From contig OZ240245.1 in the NCBI GenBank assembly GCA_965198175.1, positions 288,001 through 352,000 of the forward strand: a stretch of DNA of 64,000 nucleotides, given 5' to 3'. The translations under genes and the position numbers were made by a program. Each line of letters opens with the position of its first letter. The first letter of the stretch is position 1. The notes under the pieces are model-generated. The model searched no databases. It was not told the DNA's origin and saw only the letters and a program-made list of their open reading frames with translations. The DNA is from Candidatus Poribacteria bacterium (GTDB lineage Bacteria; Poribacteria; WGA-4E; PCPOR2b). This document shows, one piece after another, positions 1 through 10,248 of the stretch.

Positions 1-1399
1 TTCGGGTTGAAACCACGACGCTTCTGCTAGGGTCGGGCAGCGCTTGGCAAGAATTCGTGATTAAGTTAATAAATACCTGTTCAAGTTGTTGCGCGTTACC
101 CAGAACCATTGGTAGATTGCGATCCAACTGAGGCGAGAAGCGATTCGTCGATCTTTTTATCAGATTCCGTACAATTACGATTGCAGAGTCAATCACCGTA
201 TTGCAATTGACCGGTTGGCTTAAATCCTCGTCACCACGATGTGCGAATTCGCCGAGCACATTCACAATCTCTTGGATTCGCTTCGCCCCGATAATGATTC
301 CCGTAGTCATTTCCCTGATATCAGTTTGTAATTCCGTATAGAGCACGCCAGCGCACATAAAATCCCCATTCTCTTGGTAATATCTCTCAAGAATGGGCAT
401 TACGCTGAACCAAGCTTTCTCAAGGGTTTCTCCGTTCAGCAAGATAAAATTGTTCGGGTTGTTAATCTCATGCGCGACGCCGGCGGTCAGAATGCCTAAT
501 GAGGTCATCTTATCCGCTTGAATCAACTGGCGCTGCCGCATCGCAGACACTTCCTCGGCACGCTTGCGTTCCGTGATATCTAGTGCAAATCCGGCGACGC
601 GGTAGGGATTTCCGCCTTCATCTTTGACTGGAAAGGCGCGCGCTTGAATCCAGCGGATTTCGCCGTCCGGTCGGACGATACGGAACTCATACTCTACAAA
701 CTCGCCGCGCTTCTGTCTTTCAAAATTGGCTAAGACCTGCTCCAGGTCATCCGGATAAATGCTCTCCGCCCACGACATCGGTTCTGCGATTAGGTCGTAG
801 CGGGATCTGCCCCATATCTCATCGTATCCCGGACTAAGGTAGTAGAATTCATCCCCTTCGAGCGACATTAACCAGAAAACCTCGCGGATACTGTCCGCCA
901 ACTGGTGAAAGCGTTGGTCGCTCTCGCGAAGTTCCCGTTCGGTCTCTTTTTGCTGCGTGATGTCGCGCCAAATGAACCGACTGTAAAGAGGATTCCCTCT
1001 TGCATCACAGAAAGTTGAGGCATTCAAGTTCACATCAATTTTGCCTCCATCTTTTTTCCGCAATGCTAGCTCCACATCACGTATTTCACCGTTATTTACA
1101 AGACTAGTGAACATTGTCTTTGCATCTTCGATACAGTCCGGATGATATATCTTGGAAATAGCATAACCGACAAGCTCATCTTCGGTGTATCCCAACGTCG
1201 TAAGTAGTGAATGATTACAGTGGAGAACCCTTTCCGTAACAGCATCCGCTGAAGCAAACATCTCCGGGGAATTGTAGTACGGATCTGTCTCCGCCATCCG
1301 CTTGAATTGCGCTCTTTCGCGTTCTAAGCTCGCCACACGCTGGCGCATTTGCCGCAATTCACGGATGAGTTGTGCTTGCGTCTTATCCGCGTCTTTCAT
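1..1399 (-). CDS. PAS-domain sensor histidine kinase, NtrB-like (runs off the window start)
   Basis: Manual translation from ATG at 1399 (MKDADKTQAQLIRE...). Shows two PAS/PAC segments (..WRDITQQK.., ..LDITERK..), H-box LGILTAGVAHEINNP and N-box LEQVFINL. Missing from the ORF track because there is no stop in the window. Confidence 0.9.
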   Translation of the reverse strand, partial: MKDADKTQAQLIRELRQMRQRVASLERERAQFKRMAETDPYYNSPEMFASADAVTERVLHCNHSLLTTLGYTEDELVGYAISKIYHPDCIEDAKTMFTSLVNNGEIRDVELALRKKDGGKIDVNLNASTFCDARGNPLYSRFIWRDITQQKETERELRESDQRFHQLADSIREVFWLMSLEGDEFYYLSPGYDEIWGRSRYDLIAEPMSWAESIYPDDLEQVLANFERQKRGEFVEYEFRIVRPDGEIRWIQARAFPVKDEGGNPYRVAGFALDITERKRAEEVSAMRQRQLIQADKMTSLGILTAGVAHEINNPNNFILLNGETLEKAWFSVMPILERYYQENGDFMCAGVLYTELQTDIREMTTGIIIGAKRIQEIVNVLGEFAHRGDEDLSQPVNCNTVIDSAIVIVRNLIKRSTNRFSPQLDRNLPMVLGNAQQLEQVFINLITNSCQALPDPSRSVVVSTR

Positions 1400-1977
1400 T
1401 TTTCCCCCGTTGTTTGCCGACTATATTCTTAAGAGAATAACACGGTTCTTCATGAATGTCAAGCAGTCTTGAAAGCAGCGGTCAGTCGCCTGTTACTCGT
1501 GGTCAGAAAACACTAGCGCCAAACCGCGGGCTACTAGACACCGGTTCTCAATTAATGTCTTCTTAGCAATCGCTTTGCCTTTAGGAGGTCTAATTTTCGG
1601 GCGTAAGTGGTTACCCATTGGGCTCGCCCTGTTTTTCGATTTCGAACTCATCACGCCTTTCCTAGGATTCATCTTGAATTCCATTTGGATTGCTCTGGTC
1701 CTCATAACGCTCATCCTCTCGGAGGATCGCAGGTTTATTTGGTGCATTTGCAATGGACGCACGGCAGTCTGTATTTTCTCATGCTTCCAATAGTCTTTCC
1801 AGCTCTTCCACCTCAATGTTGTCAAGTAAATCCCAGTCTTCAAATTTCACTATCTCGGTCTGTGTCTCCGCCGGCATAATTGATGCCGAGAGATGATTAT
1901 CGGCAGCTGCACGACATACTTAAGCGGTTCTGAGTTTATTGCAGGTGTTAAGCCCAATCAACGCTTGGTGTTTTACA

Positions 1978-3354
1978 TTACCACCGTTCGTCGGCAACCT
2001 TAGCACCAGGCATGGCATAGTGTTCCCCTTTTGTTGCTTCAGCGACACGGAGCTGAAAGACATCCCTCTCCCTACGCCTCGGATGTACGATACCGCCGAT
2101 AACGTAAACAATTGCACCGGCTTGGCGGCAAACGCCAATCGCCCTTTCGGGTGTGTATCCCTTCTCTCGACGACGGCTGGTTGATTCATCGGTTACAATA
2201 ATAAGGACAAGCTGCCGATTCTCAGGCGTTTGGAGCTTGGGGACACCTTCCATAATTGCATCGAGCAGGTGTTCATCACCGTGCTTGGGCAGCCGGTACA
2301 CCTTCTTGACCTGCTCTGCATCCAACGGCGGTTTTGTCACCACAATAGTGCTGCCACCCCCGCCTGCCAGCGCCCAAAACCGGATGATCCCAAATCGATA
2401 GTCGAGTCCTCCGTCATCAAGCATAGCCACCATTCTATCAACTCCTATACAAATCTCATCGATTTCGCCTTTCATACTCCAGCTGGAATCGAAGACGAAG
2501 ACGATATCCGCAGATGGCTTTACCGTTCCAACGATGTGTTCGCCAATGCGTTCGAAAATCCCGTCGATTTTGAGAATCCTCTTATCCATAACAGAGAATG
2601 GCGTTCGCCACTCCTGGTATTCGTCAATGGCGTACCACTTGCCGCCGGTTTCCTCCGCTAGTTGTAGCTGCGCCGCTTCATTTACCCCAATAACGTTGAT
2701 GTGAATCTCATCCTGCTTGCACCGCTCAATAATCCGATTCACAAGCTGCTGTTTTGCATTCGGCGCCTCCCATGCGGTTCGCAACTGCGAATTTGTGACG
2801 ACAATAATATGCTTGCCGGAATCCGATCTGAAGTTCAGGTCCCTTACCCCCCACATTATCGCCTCCAGGCCATATCCGGCGGAATGGTCGCGCCGAAAAT
2901 GGGCGTAAAAACCCGCTTGAATCGCACGGATGTCGTTCCTCAATGGACTACCCTCGAATTTTGGACCGCCCTGATTTTGAAACCAGATCGGCGCTAGGTG
3001 ATAGTCCACGCCCGACGCCTCGAACACACTCAGAACATTGTTGAGATGTCTTTCGATCTCGACAATCGACGCTTTCATTTTTTCGCCGCGTTCGATGACA
3101 AAGACTAAATCAACTATCTGGTCCTTACTTTGACGGTTAGCACGGCGTGCGATACTGACAAGGCTTTTTCCGACGTTAACCTTTTTTTCCTCCGCTTTCG
3201 ACTCTGTTTTTGGGCTAATCATGATTCGTCGTTTTCGGCGGGGAGGCTGCACCTGAGCTCCGGCGATCGCTGAGAATCCATCAATGCCGATCCAGATTGT
3301 CAACACCATCAAAGCAATTCCAGTTTTCCAAGTAAATCGTTTCGATGCGGTCAT
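1978..3354 (-). CDS. Secreted protein with tandem VWA domains
   Basis: N-terminal hydrophobic signal and two related halves (DLVFVIE.../DIVFVFDSSWSM; IIVVTN/LIIVTDE). MIDAS DxSxS is intact only in the second half. Confidence 0.75.
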   Translation of the reverse strand: MTASKRFTWKTGIALMVLTIWIGIDGFSAIAGAQVQPPRRKRRIMISPKTESKAEEKKVNVGKSLVSIARRANRQSKDQIVDLVFVIERGEKMKASIVEIERHLNNVLSVFEASGVDYHLAPIWFQNQGGPKFEGSPLRNDIRAIQAGFYAHFRRDHSAGYGLEAIMWGVRDLNFRSDSGKHIIVVTNSQLRTAWEAPNAKQQLVNRIIERCKQDEIHINVIGVNEAAQLQLAEETGGKWYAIDEYQEWRTPFSVMDKRILKIDGIFERIGEHIVGTVKPSADIVFVFDSSWSMKGEIDEICIGVDRMVAMLDDGGLDYRFGIIRFWALAGGGGSTIVVTKPPLDAEQVKKVYRLPKHGDEHLLDAIMEGVPKLQTPENRQLVLIIVTDESTSRRREKGYTPERAIGVCRQAGAIVYVIGGIVHPRRRERDVFQLRVAEATKGEHYAMPGAKVADERW

Positions 3355-3471
3355 TGATACTCTCTCCTTTCTCTAGTCGTGTAGGTTGGGTTGAACGGTT
3401 CATCTCACTCGTAGTAACTTAAGAAACTAGTTTTTAGAAAAACATCGGTTTATCACCCTAACAGTGTAGTC

Positions 3472-4788
3472 CTACTTGACAATAACCATCCGTCGTAACG
3501 CGGTGTAATCACCCGCACGGAGTTGATAGTAATAGGCGCCGCTTGTTACGTACTCTCCGTTTTGATTTCGACCGTCCCAATACGCTGCGCTGGCTTTGTC
3601 TCGGTAGACTCCCGATTTTTGATGTCCAATGTCGAGGGTGCGGACGATATGACCGCTCTGGTCATAGATGTTCAAGCTCACGAGTGCATCGTTCGCCAAA
3701 TGGTACGGTATCCAAGTCTCGGGGTTGAACGGGTTCGGATAATTTTGCAGCAGCGCTGTCCGTTTGATGTTTCCCAGCGTCGTGATGCGTCTTTCCAACG
3801 GCTCCACCGCTAATTGGATTGAAGAAGCAACTTCCCAAAGCAACACCGTGCCGTCCCAGCTCCCACTCGCAAGTGTGCGCCCGTCGGGACTAAACGCAAC
3901 GCTGCGAACCTCATCTGTATGCCCGTTGAGCGTGCGCAGGTGTTCTCCTGTGTCGGCGTCCCATAATCGGACGGTGGCATCATGACCTCCACTAGCTATT
4001 GTGCGTCCATCAGGACTGAAAGCGACGCTATAGACCCCAAACGCATGCCCGTTGAGCGTGCGCAGGTGTTCTCCCGTATCAACGTCCCACAATCGAATGG
4101 TAGTGTCCCAACTCCCACTAGCAATCGTATGTCCATCGGGGCTGAACGCTATGTCGTTTACCTGATTCCTGTGCCCGTTGAGCGTTAGCAGATGTTTACC
4201 ACCGGCGTTCCACAGACGGATAGTGTCGTCCCAACTCCCGCTAGCGATGGTGCGACCATCGGGACTGAACGCAACGCTCCAGACCGTACCCGTATGCCCG
4301 ATGCGCTTTCGCAGGGGTCTTCCCGTATCAGCGTCCCACCAACGGACGGTTTTGTCCCAACTCCCACTGGCGATTGTGCGACCATCCGGACTGAACGCCA
4401 CGCTCCAGACCGCATGCGTATGTCCGATGAGTGTTTGCAGGTGTTTTCCGGTATCGGCGTTCCACAGACGGATAGCGGTCCTACCTGCGCTAGCGATTGT
4501 GCGACCATCGGGACTGAACGCAATGCTATCAGCAGACGTATACCCGGCGAATAGTGCTACCTCTTGATTGGACGCCGTATCGTAGAGCCAAATGCCGATA
4601 CTGCTGGCGACCGCAAGTCGAGTGCCGTCGGGCGAATACTGTATTTCATTTATCTCACCTTTACCGAGGCGTGCTTTAACACCTTCGGGCAGCCCCCATT
4701 GTGGAAAATCTTGGGCGTAGCTGTGCGGTAAACATGTAGCGGTAACGAGGAGTAATGAGCAAATCGTCAAAAACATGGTCTTCTTCAT
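3472..4788 (-). CDS. Secreted WD40-repeat protein with C-terminal FlgD-Ig/T9SS type A-like domain
   Basis: GH...VAFSPDG..IASGSWD.T.RLWD repeats; C-terminus LLQNYPNPFNPETWIPY...YWDGRN...RRMVIVK; GGAGG upstream of ATG 4788. Confidence 0.9.
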   Translation of the reverse strand: MKKTMFLTICSLLLVTATCLPHSYAQDFPQWGLPEGVKARLGKGEINEIQYSPDGTRLAVASSIGIWLYDTASNQEVALFAGYTSADSIAFSPDGRTIASAGRTAIRLWNADTGKHLQTLIGHTHAVWSVAFSPDGRTIASGSWDKTVRWWDADTGRPLRKRIGHTGTVWSVAFSPDGRTIASGSWDDTIRLWNAGGKHLLTLNGHRNQVNDIAFSPDGHTIASGSWDTTIRLWDVDTGEHLRTLNGHAFGVYSVAFSPDGRTIASGGHDATVRLWDADTGEHLRTLNGHTDEVRSVAFSPDGRTLASGSWDGTVLLWEVASSIQLAVEPLERRITTLGNIKRTALLQNYPNPFNPETWIPYHLANDALVSLNIYDQSGHIVRTLDIGHQKSGVYRDKASAAYWDGRNQNGEYVTSGAYYYQLRAGDYTALRRMVIVK

Positions 4789-4897
4789 TGGAAATAACCC
4801 TCCAAATTTGAATGTTGCATCTAATTCATCTCGCACGCCGCAGCTACAGAAACTAGTTATTTGGAGCCACTCGGTTTTTCACGCCAACTTTGCCGTG

Positions 4898-5713
4898 CTA
4901 CTTGACAATAACCATCCGCCGTAACGCGGTGTAATCACCCGCACGGAGTTGATAGTAATAGGCGCCGCTTGTTACGTACTCTCCGTTTTGATTTCGACCA
5001 TCCCAATACGCTGCGCTGGCTTTGTCTCGGTAGACTCCCGATTTTTGATGTCCAATGTCGAGGGTGCGGACGATATGACCGCTCTGGTCATAGATGTTCA
5101 AGCTCACGAGTGCATCATTTTCCAACTGATAAGGAATCCAAGTCTCGGGGTTGAACGGATTCGGATAATTTTGCAGCAACGCCGTGCGTTTGATGTTTCC
5201 CAGCGTCGTCAAGTGTCTTGTCGACGGTTCTACTCCTAATTCGGTTGAAGAGGCAAATTCCCACAGCAATACGGTGCCGTCCCCACTCCCACTGGCGAGG
5301 GTGCGTCCATCAGGACTGAACACAACGCTAGAAACCCCGCCATTATGCCCCATGAGCGTTTCTTGGTGTTTTCCGGTATCGGCGTCCCAAAGACGGACGC
5401 TTGCGTCCTCATATCCGCCGGCGAGGTTGCCACCATCCGGACTGAACGCAACGCTAACGACAGATGTATGCCCGGCGAACAGTGATGCCTCTTGATAGGA
5501 CACCGTATCGTAGAGCCAAATACCGATACTACCAGCGACCGCAAGTCGAGTGCCGTCGGGCGAATACTGTAATTCACTTATCCGACCCTTACCGAGGCGT
5601 GCTTTAGCGCGCTCGAGTAGCCCCCATTGCGGGGATTCTTGGGCAAAACTGTGCGGTAGACATAGAGCGGAAGCTAAAAATAAGCTAAGTCTGAAAAACA
5701 TCGCTTTCTTCAT
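4898..5713 (-). CDS. Shorter paralogous WD40 protein with the same C-terminal domain
   Basis: Same architecture with fewer WD repeats; GGAGG before ATG 5713; 3' ~310 nt nearly identical to the neighbour. Confidence 0.88.
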   Translation of the reverse strand: MKKAMFFRLSLFLASALCLPHSFAQESPQWGLLERAKARLGKGRISELQYSPDGTRLAVAGSIGIWLYDTVSYQEASLFAGHTSVVSVAFSPDGGNLAGGYEDASVRLWDADTGKHQETLMGHNGGVSSVVFSPDGRTLASGSGDGTVLLWEFASSTELGVEPSTRHLTTLGNIKRTALLQNYPNPFNPETWIPYQLENDALVSLNIYDQSGHIVRTLDIGHQKSGVYRDKASAAYWDGRNQNGEYVTSGAYYYQLRAGDYTALRRMVIVK

Positions 5714-5942
5714 AGGATTAATCCTCCACATTCTTGAGTTGAGGGTATATCCTCCTTGAGCAAAAAGAGGGTTGGGTGCAAATTTACACACTCAACCCGA
5801 CATGTAAGTTTATCCATGTTTGAGCGCCTAATGACGCGCCCGAAGTGTCTGTTGATGTAGATGAATGAAACGTAAGGTCATGAGCGCCGATTATTACGTG
5901 CATCGTGACAAACCAACAGTAGTCGTAACATGATAGACCTGT

Positions 5943-6749
5943 TCATTCTTCCACACAATCGTAGGCGCCGGGGCTGTGTGTGCGGTTGTAATCCCCAATT
6001 TGCTCATCGGTCGCACGGGGCGCATCGTCAAAATGAACTATCCAATCCTTGTATTTCGGTTCGACCGGCAAACCATCTGCTTTAGCTATCACAATGTAGG
6101 CGACATGCTCACGCTTGTGCTTGTCAGGAACATCAGGTGTATTCACCTCGCCTTTTTCCACCCAGTCCTCAAGTATCTGATTCAATACAGGAGCGTTCAT
6201 GGGGTGGTCCAACGGGGCTGCAGGGCCTCCGAGGGGACCGCTACTCACTCCCAAGCCTCGTTCAGGTTCTCCCTCGTATAACTCCAGCAGTATTATGTGT
6301 CTCGCTCTCCAGTAGATGACTTTAAGCCCAGTTGGGTCAGGGTCGAATGCGACTTTTACATTATGATTGTTAAACCAAGACGCCACTAAGATTCGACTCC
6401 GGTCGTCATGCGTAGCCGCGGGGTGAGGTACATCTTTGGCGCGATTGTATGCCGTCTCCGAGACAGCACGCTGTAAATGCAAGTCAACAACAGAGTGATG
6501 GAGGTCTCCTTGACAGAGATCGTAAATGTATTGAAGGGACGCCTGCCATTCGGGTTCAGTCATGTCTGCCTGAAGATTAGCATAACGCTTTGCAAGTGCA
6601 AGCGGAATGTGTGCAGGGATTTCGTACCGGATTGGTATTTCGGTTTCGCTCTGGACAACGGGTTCTGGTTTTGTCGGAATTGGTGATTCGGTTTCGCCGC
6701 AAGCCAAGCACATCACTAAAATTGCGGTGAGAATCAATATCCGTGTCAT
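5943..6749 (-). CDS. Hypothetical lipoprotein
   Basis: MTRILILTAILVMCLAC lipobox-like signal; AGGAGG RBS. Confidence 0.7.
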   Translation of the reverse strand: MTRILILTAILVMCLACGETESPIPTKPEPVVQSETEIPIRYEIPAHIPLALAKRYANLQADMTEPEWQASLQYIYDLCQGDLHHSVVDLHLQRAVSETAYNRAKDVPHPAATHDDRSRILVASWFNNHNVKVAFDPDPTGLKVIYWRARHIILLELYEGEPERGLGVSSGPLGGPAAPLDHPMNAPVLNQILEDWVEKGEVNTPDVPDKHKREHVAYIVIAKADGLPVEPKYKDWIVHFDDAPRATDEQIGDYNRTHSPGAYDCVEE

Positions 6750-6775
6750 GGCAAAAGCCTCCTTGTAGGTTTCAA

Positions 6776-6809
6776 ATGGGGAACATCTAACTCATTAGAC
6801 GTTCCCCAT
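6776..6809. terminator. Stem-loop between two co-oriented genes
   Basis: ATGGGGAACATCTAA-CTCA-TTAGACGTTCCCCAT inverted repeat. Confidence 0.55.
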
Positions 6810-6821
6810 CATAATTGAAGT

Positions 6822-7601
6822 TTATTCATTTTTCATTGATGCCCATGTCGTTGTTAGTGTTCCAATGAGTGGTTCGGGCCTCCGAGGTGCTGCGGGTAAC
6901 GCGACTGACTCGGTGACTGTAGATAAGGCACCTGTCCCGTCAAACACAGGCTCCTCATCTTCACCAAACGTGTAGATTCTACCGTTATAGTTCACAGCCA
7001 CTGACGCATCTGAGTTTGCTGCGAGAGCGTCTGCGAGTTCTTGTTCAATCGCAGCACGCGACGAAGAATCGGGTGCAATTGGCTGAAGCGGGATTAGTCC
7101 GTTGACCGCGCTTACCTCCTCTGGTATGCCGTTGTTTACCATGGCTTGATTATCAGGTACAACTACACCGGTTGCGCTTGCCATTCGATAGACGTCACCT
7201 ACTTCGCCAGATACCCAGGCTAGACCCCATTTAGCACCACTGGATACAGTCCAACGACTAATCCCGCCATCATTATCCGACCCTGCACCTTCGAATGTGC
7301 CAGGTGTCAACCAATACTGGAACACGTGAACAATGCTTGAATCGTGAGCATCTGTAATGACATGATGTCGAACCAACTCATAGTCATGTGGGTGCTGTTG
7401 ATCCGCCCCGTGAGGGCCTGTTTTCACATGAACGGTCGTGGAGGTTTCAATTTTTTTATCACTGTATTGGTCAACAGCATCAACGGCTGCACTGGGTATA
7501 ACCGCGATGTGATCCGCCACAACGATGTGAGCAATTGATGTATCAACAAGAAGAACAAAGACAAACACACAAAGCAAAGTGAAAACCGTGGTCCGTTTCA
7601 T
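6822..7601 (-). CDS. Secreted hypothetical protein ending in the LTTTWASMK motif
   Basis: Signal peptide, AGGAGG RBS, C-terminal ...GTLTTTWASMKNE. Confidence 0.8.
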   Translation of the reverse strand: MKRTTVFTLLCVFVFVLLVDTSIAHIVVADHIAVIPSAAVDAVDQYSDKKIETSTTVHVKTGPHGADQQHPHDYELVRHHVITDAHDSSIVHVFQYWLTPGTFEGAGSDNDGGISRWTVSSGAKWGLAWVSGEVGDVYRMASATGVVVPDNQAMVNNGIPEEVSAVNGLIPLQPIAPDSSSRAAIEQELADALAANSDASVAVNYNGRIYTFGEDEEPVFDGTGALSTVTESVALPAAPRRPEPLIGTLTTTWASMKNE

Positions 7602-7687
7602 TGGTAAATCCTCCTTTTTTTGCTGTTGGATATTTGCAACATAATCAAGTTTTCGAAACTGAATTAGTTACTTCGAAATGATTGTAG

Positions 7688-7704
7688 TGCAAACTATATG
7701 CCAA
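7688..7704 (-). promoter_or_regulatory. sigma54 -24/-12 promoter
   Basis: Minus strand reads TTGGCATATAGTTTGCA, i.e. GG-N10-GC matching TGGCAY-N5-TTGCW, ~90 nt upstream of ATG 7601. Confidence 0.8.
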
Positions 7705-7821
7705 AACTAATAATACCCTTTATTTTAAGCTCTGTTTGGACTCATAAACCCTTATGTGTCAAGGGATACGGGCAGTTTAGTTTTTTTTCAGTCTAGGATG
7801 GCAGCGCTTTGATGGGGTATG

Positions 7822-7952
7822 GAAAGGGGTGTGACGTTTGTTGACAGAATTCGGGAAAATTGGGGTTAAGCAGTGCGTGAAGCCTTGCCAGACAAGGGTT
7901 TGGGCAATGTGTGACAAATGTCTACAAAAGTGACAAATGTCACACCCCTTTC
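7822..7952. promoter_or_regulatory. Putative upstream activator (enhancer) sites
   Basis: GTGACAAATGTC twice (7911, 7930), and a 14-bp inverted repeat GAAAGGGGTGTGAC (7822) / GTCACACCCCTTTC (7939). Confidence 0.5.
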
Positions 7953-8019
7953 GGGTATGGAAGACAAAGCAATAGGAATACAGCGTAGCAAGCAAGGGCG
8001 GGAAAAGGCAATCACCGTT

Positions 8020-8470
8020 TCACTCATCGTCCGATGACGTTCGGGCGCGGCTCAATCGCTTGTGCAGCGCATATCTTGACATCCCCAAGAGTTGAGCTGC
8101 AATTGTCTGGTTCCCATTTGCACGCTTGAGGGCTTCGGAAATTATCAGTTGTTCAGCTTCTTTCAAAGCGGGCAGTATTAGGTAGCGCGGATAACCCATC
8201 TGTAAACGTAGTCGTGCTTGCTTTGAGCACTGTGTTCTCGTGGGAAACGGTAAATTGTTCGTCAATCTTGTTCCGGAATGATTCAATGGAGAGTACACCG
8301 CCTTTGTGCTGACTGACGGCATCCAGGACCATTCCTTCAAGCTCTCTGACGTTGCCCGGGAAGTGGTACGTCTCAAGTAAGGTAAAAAGTTCCGGTGAAG
8401 GCGTGGGTGTCTCCTTCCCTAGTGTTTTAGCAGCTTTTTAGAGAAAATTGGAAACCAGCACTCGCAAAGA
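8020..8470 (-). pseudogene. 3' remnant of a sigma54-dependent (NtrC/Fis family) activator
   Basis: One frame gives LVSNFL*KAA...YHFPGNVRELEG with an in-frame TAA at 8438-8440; another gives the Fis HTH ALKRANGNQTIAAQLLGMSR. The 5' part is missing at the IS boundary. Confidence 0.85.
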
Positions 8471-8473
8471 CTA

Positions 8474-9291
8474 GGTTCTGTTGACATTTGGTTATAAGGT
8501 TGGCATAATAGAAGAATGATGCCCATAACTTTACCTGACGACCAATGGAGAAAGATATACCCGTTTCTTCTAAGCTGTTCCAACATCTATGTCCGCAACG
8601 AAACTGCTACTCGACGATTCGTCGAAGCCCTTCTGTGGGTGACTCGTAGCGGTGCTCAATGGCGACTCTTGCCAACTGCCTATGGAAATTGGAACTCCAT
8701 TTACAAGCGGTTTAGTAACTGGTGTGACAAAGGAATCTTCTCACAGATGCACTGCTACTTTACCGCCGACCCAGATATGGAGTGGCTTATTATTGATACT
8801 ACCATTTGCCGGGCTCACCCATGCGCGGCTGGAGCCTCAAAAAAAACGGAGGTGCTGAAAACCAAGCGCTAGGACGCTCTCGGGGCGGCTTTAGCACAAA
8901 AATTCATATCACAGTTGACGCACTAGGTAATCCGCTTAGACTCCAGCTAACTCCCGGTCAGAGACACGACATAGCTGAAGCCGAAGCGTTGATAGTTGGC
9001 TATAACAGCGAGCATGTAATTGGAGACAAGGGATACGATTCGGACAGTTTTATCGACGTTATTGAAGCGAATGGAGCGACGGCGGTGATACCGCCTCGAC
9101 GTAATCGTGGCGCTCAAAGAACATATGACAAACATTTATACAAAGAGAGACACCTGGTTGAATGTTTTATCAACAAGATAAAATGGTATCGTCGTATCTT
9201 CTCTCGTTTCGAGAAGCTGGCTGTCCGCTATTTCGGATTTCTAAGTTTTGTCTCCACGCTTATCTGGCTCCGTTGAAATGTCAACAGAACC
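8474..9291 (+). mobile_element. IS5 family (IS427-group-like) insertion sequence, 818 bp
   Basis: Perfect 16-bp TIRs GGTTCTGTTGACATTT / AAATGTCAACAGAACC, flanked by TA on both sides; two overlapping transposase ORFs. Confidence 0.93.
8516..9276 (+). CDS. IS5 transposase split in two ORFs, probable -1 programmed frameshift
   Basis: ORFs 8516-8872 (..SGAQWRLLP..YGNWNSIYKRF..) and 8806-9276 (GRSRGGFSTKIH..DKGYDS..ERHLVECF) are in -1 relation, with an A8 run at 8839-8846. Confidence 0.88.
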
Positions 9292-9307
9292 TAATACAGC
9301 ATTCAAC

Positions 9308-9355
9308 AAAAAGCCAAAAGAATGTCACAATTTCGTAACATTTCTTGGCTATAAT
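9308..9355 (+). promoter_or_regulatory. Pho-box-type promoter upstream of phoB
   Basis: Half-sites GCCAA/GTCAC/GTAAC at 9313/9324/9335 (11-bp period), then TATAAT at 9350. Confidence 0.7.
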
Positions 9356-9430
9356 ATGTCTTCCACAGTTGCGCCGATAATCCGCTATAGGACCTTAGGC
9401 GTTGCACAACCTGCTTAGCGAAAGATTAAC

Positions 9431-10117
9431 ATGGTATCGAAAATCCTTATTGTCGAAGACGAACCCGATATTGTTGAGCTGTTAGCGTACCACCTGAATC
9501 AAGCCGGGTTTGAGACGGAAGCAGTTTCCAACGGTAGGACTGCCCTTAACCAAATTAAAGCCAATCCTCCCGACCTGATCCTATTGGATCTATTGCCTCC
9601 CGAAGTCGATGGATTAGAAATCTGCCGATTGTTAAAACAGGATGCATCAACCGCAGATATTCCAGTTATCATATTGACAGCAAAAGGGGAAGAAATCGAT
9701 CGGATTGTTGGGTTCGAATTGGGAGTTGATGATTATATTTCGAAGCCTTTTAGCTCACGGTAGGTCGTATTGAGAGCCCGGGCAGTACTACGTCGCCCTG
9801 CAGACACAAAACCTTCTAAACCCTCAGAAATAGTTGAGATCCACGGCTTGAAGATTGACCTGGACAAACATCAGGTATTCGGCGAGGACGGGGCGATTTT
9901 ACTGACTGCTACAGAATTTAAGCTGCTTAGCTTATTCGCGCGTTGTACTGGACGGGTTTTCACGCGCAACATTTTGATGGATGCGGTTTGGAAAGAGGAG
10001 TATTGCAGCATTGATCGTACTGTGGATACTCACATAAGTCGCCTGCGGCGTAAACTAGGACGATTTGGAGGGCTGATTGAGACGGTACGCGGCATCGGCT
10101 ACCGCTTCAAGGAGTAG
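9431..10117 (+). pseudogene. phoB: PhoB/OmpR-family response regulator with an internal amber stop
   Basis: Receiver domain (ILIVEDE..PDLILLD..LTAKGEE..KPFS) and winged helix (RTVDTHISRLRRKL..IETVRGIGYR) are in one frame, separated by TAG at 9761-9763 where Glu is expected. Confidence 0.8.
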
Positions 10118-10248
10118 GAAGAAAAAAATTGTATGCACGGTTTGGTGTTTAACGAGGTTAACACTCGTTCGGCAATCATGAAAGAGATTCTCGGCCCGGC
10201 AACGCAGCCTGGATTCAAGACCCAACATATTTGTAGCGAAACGGTTTA

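Noticed and set aside
1493..1879. Small ORFs on both strands, including a minus-strand frame MPAETQ...LEA-TGA-ENTDC suggesting selenocysteine
   Set aside because: No recognisable homology or redox motif, and I cannot support a SECIS; no frame is convincing.
3472..5210. Diversity-generating retroelement template/variable repeat pair
   Set aside because: Both copies are within genes, differences are not confined to adenines, and there is no reverse transcriptase in the window.
9761..9763. Stop-codon reassignment or pyrrolysine explaining the in-frame stops
   Set aside because: The interruptions use both TAG and TAA, intact genes end with these codons, and no pyl genes are visible.
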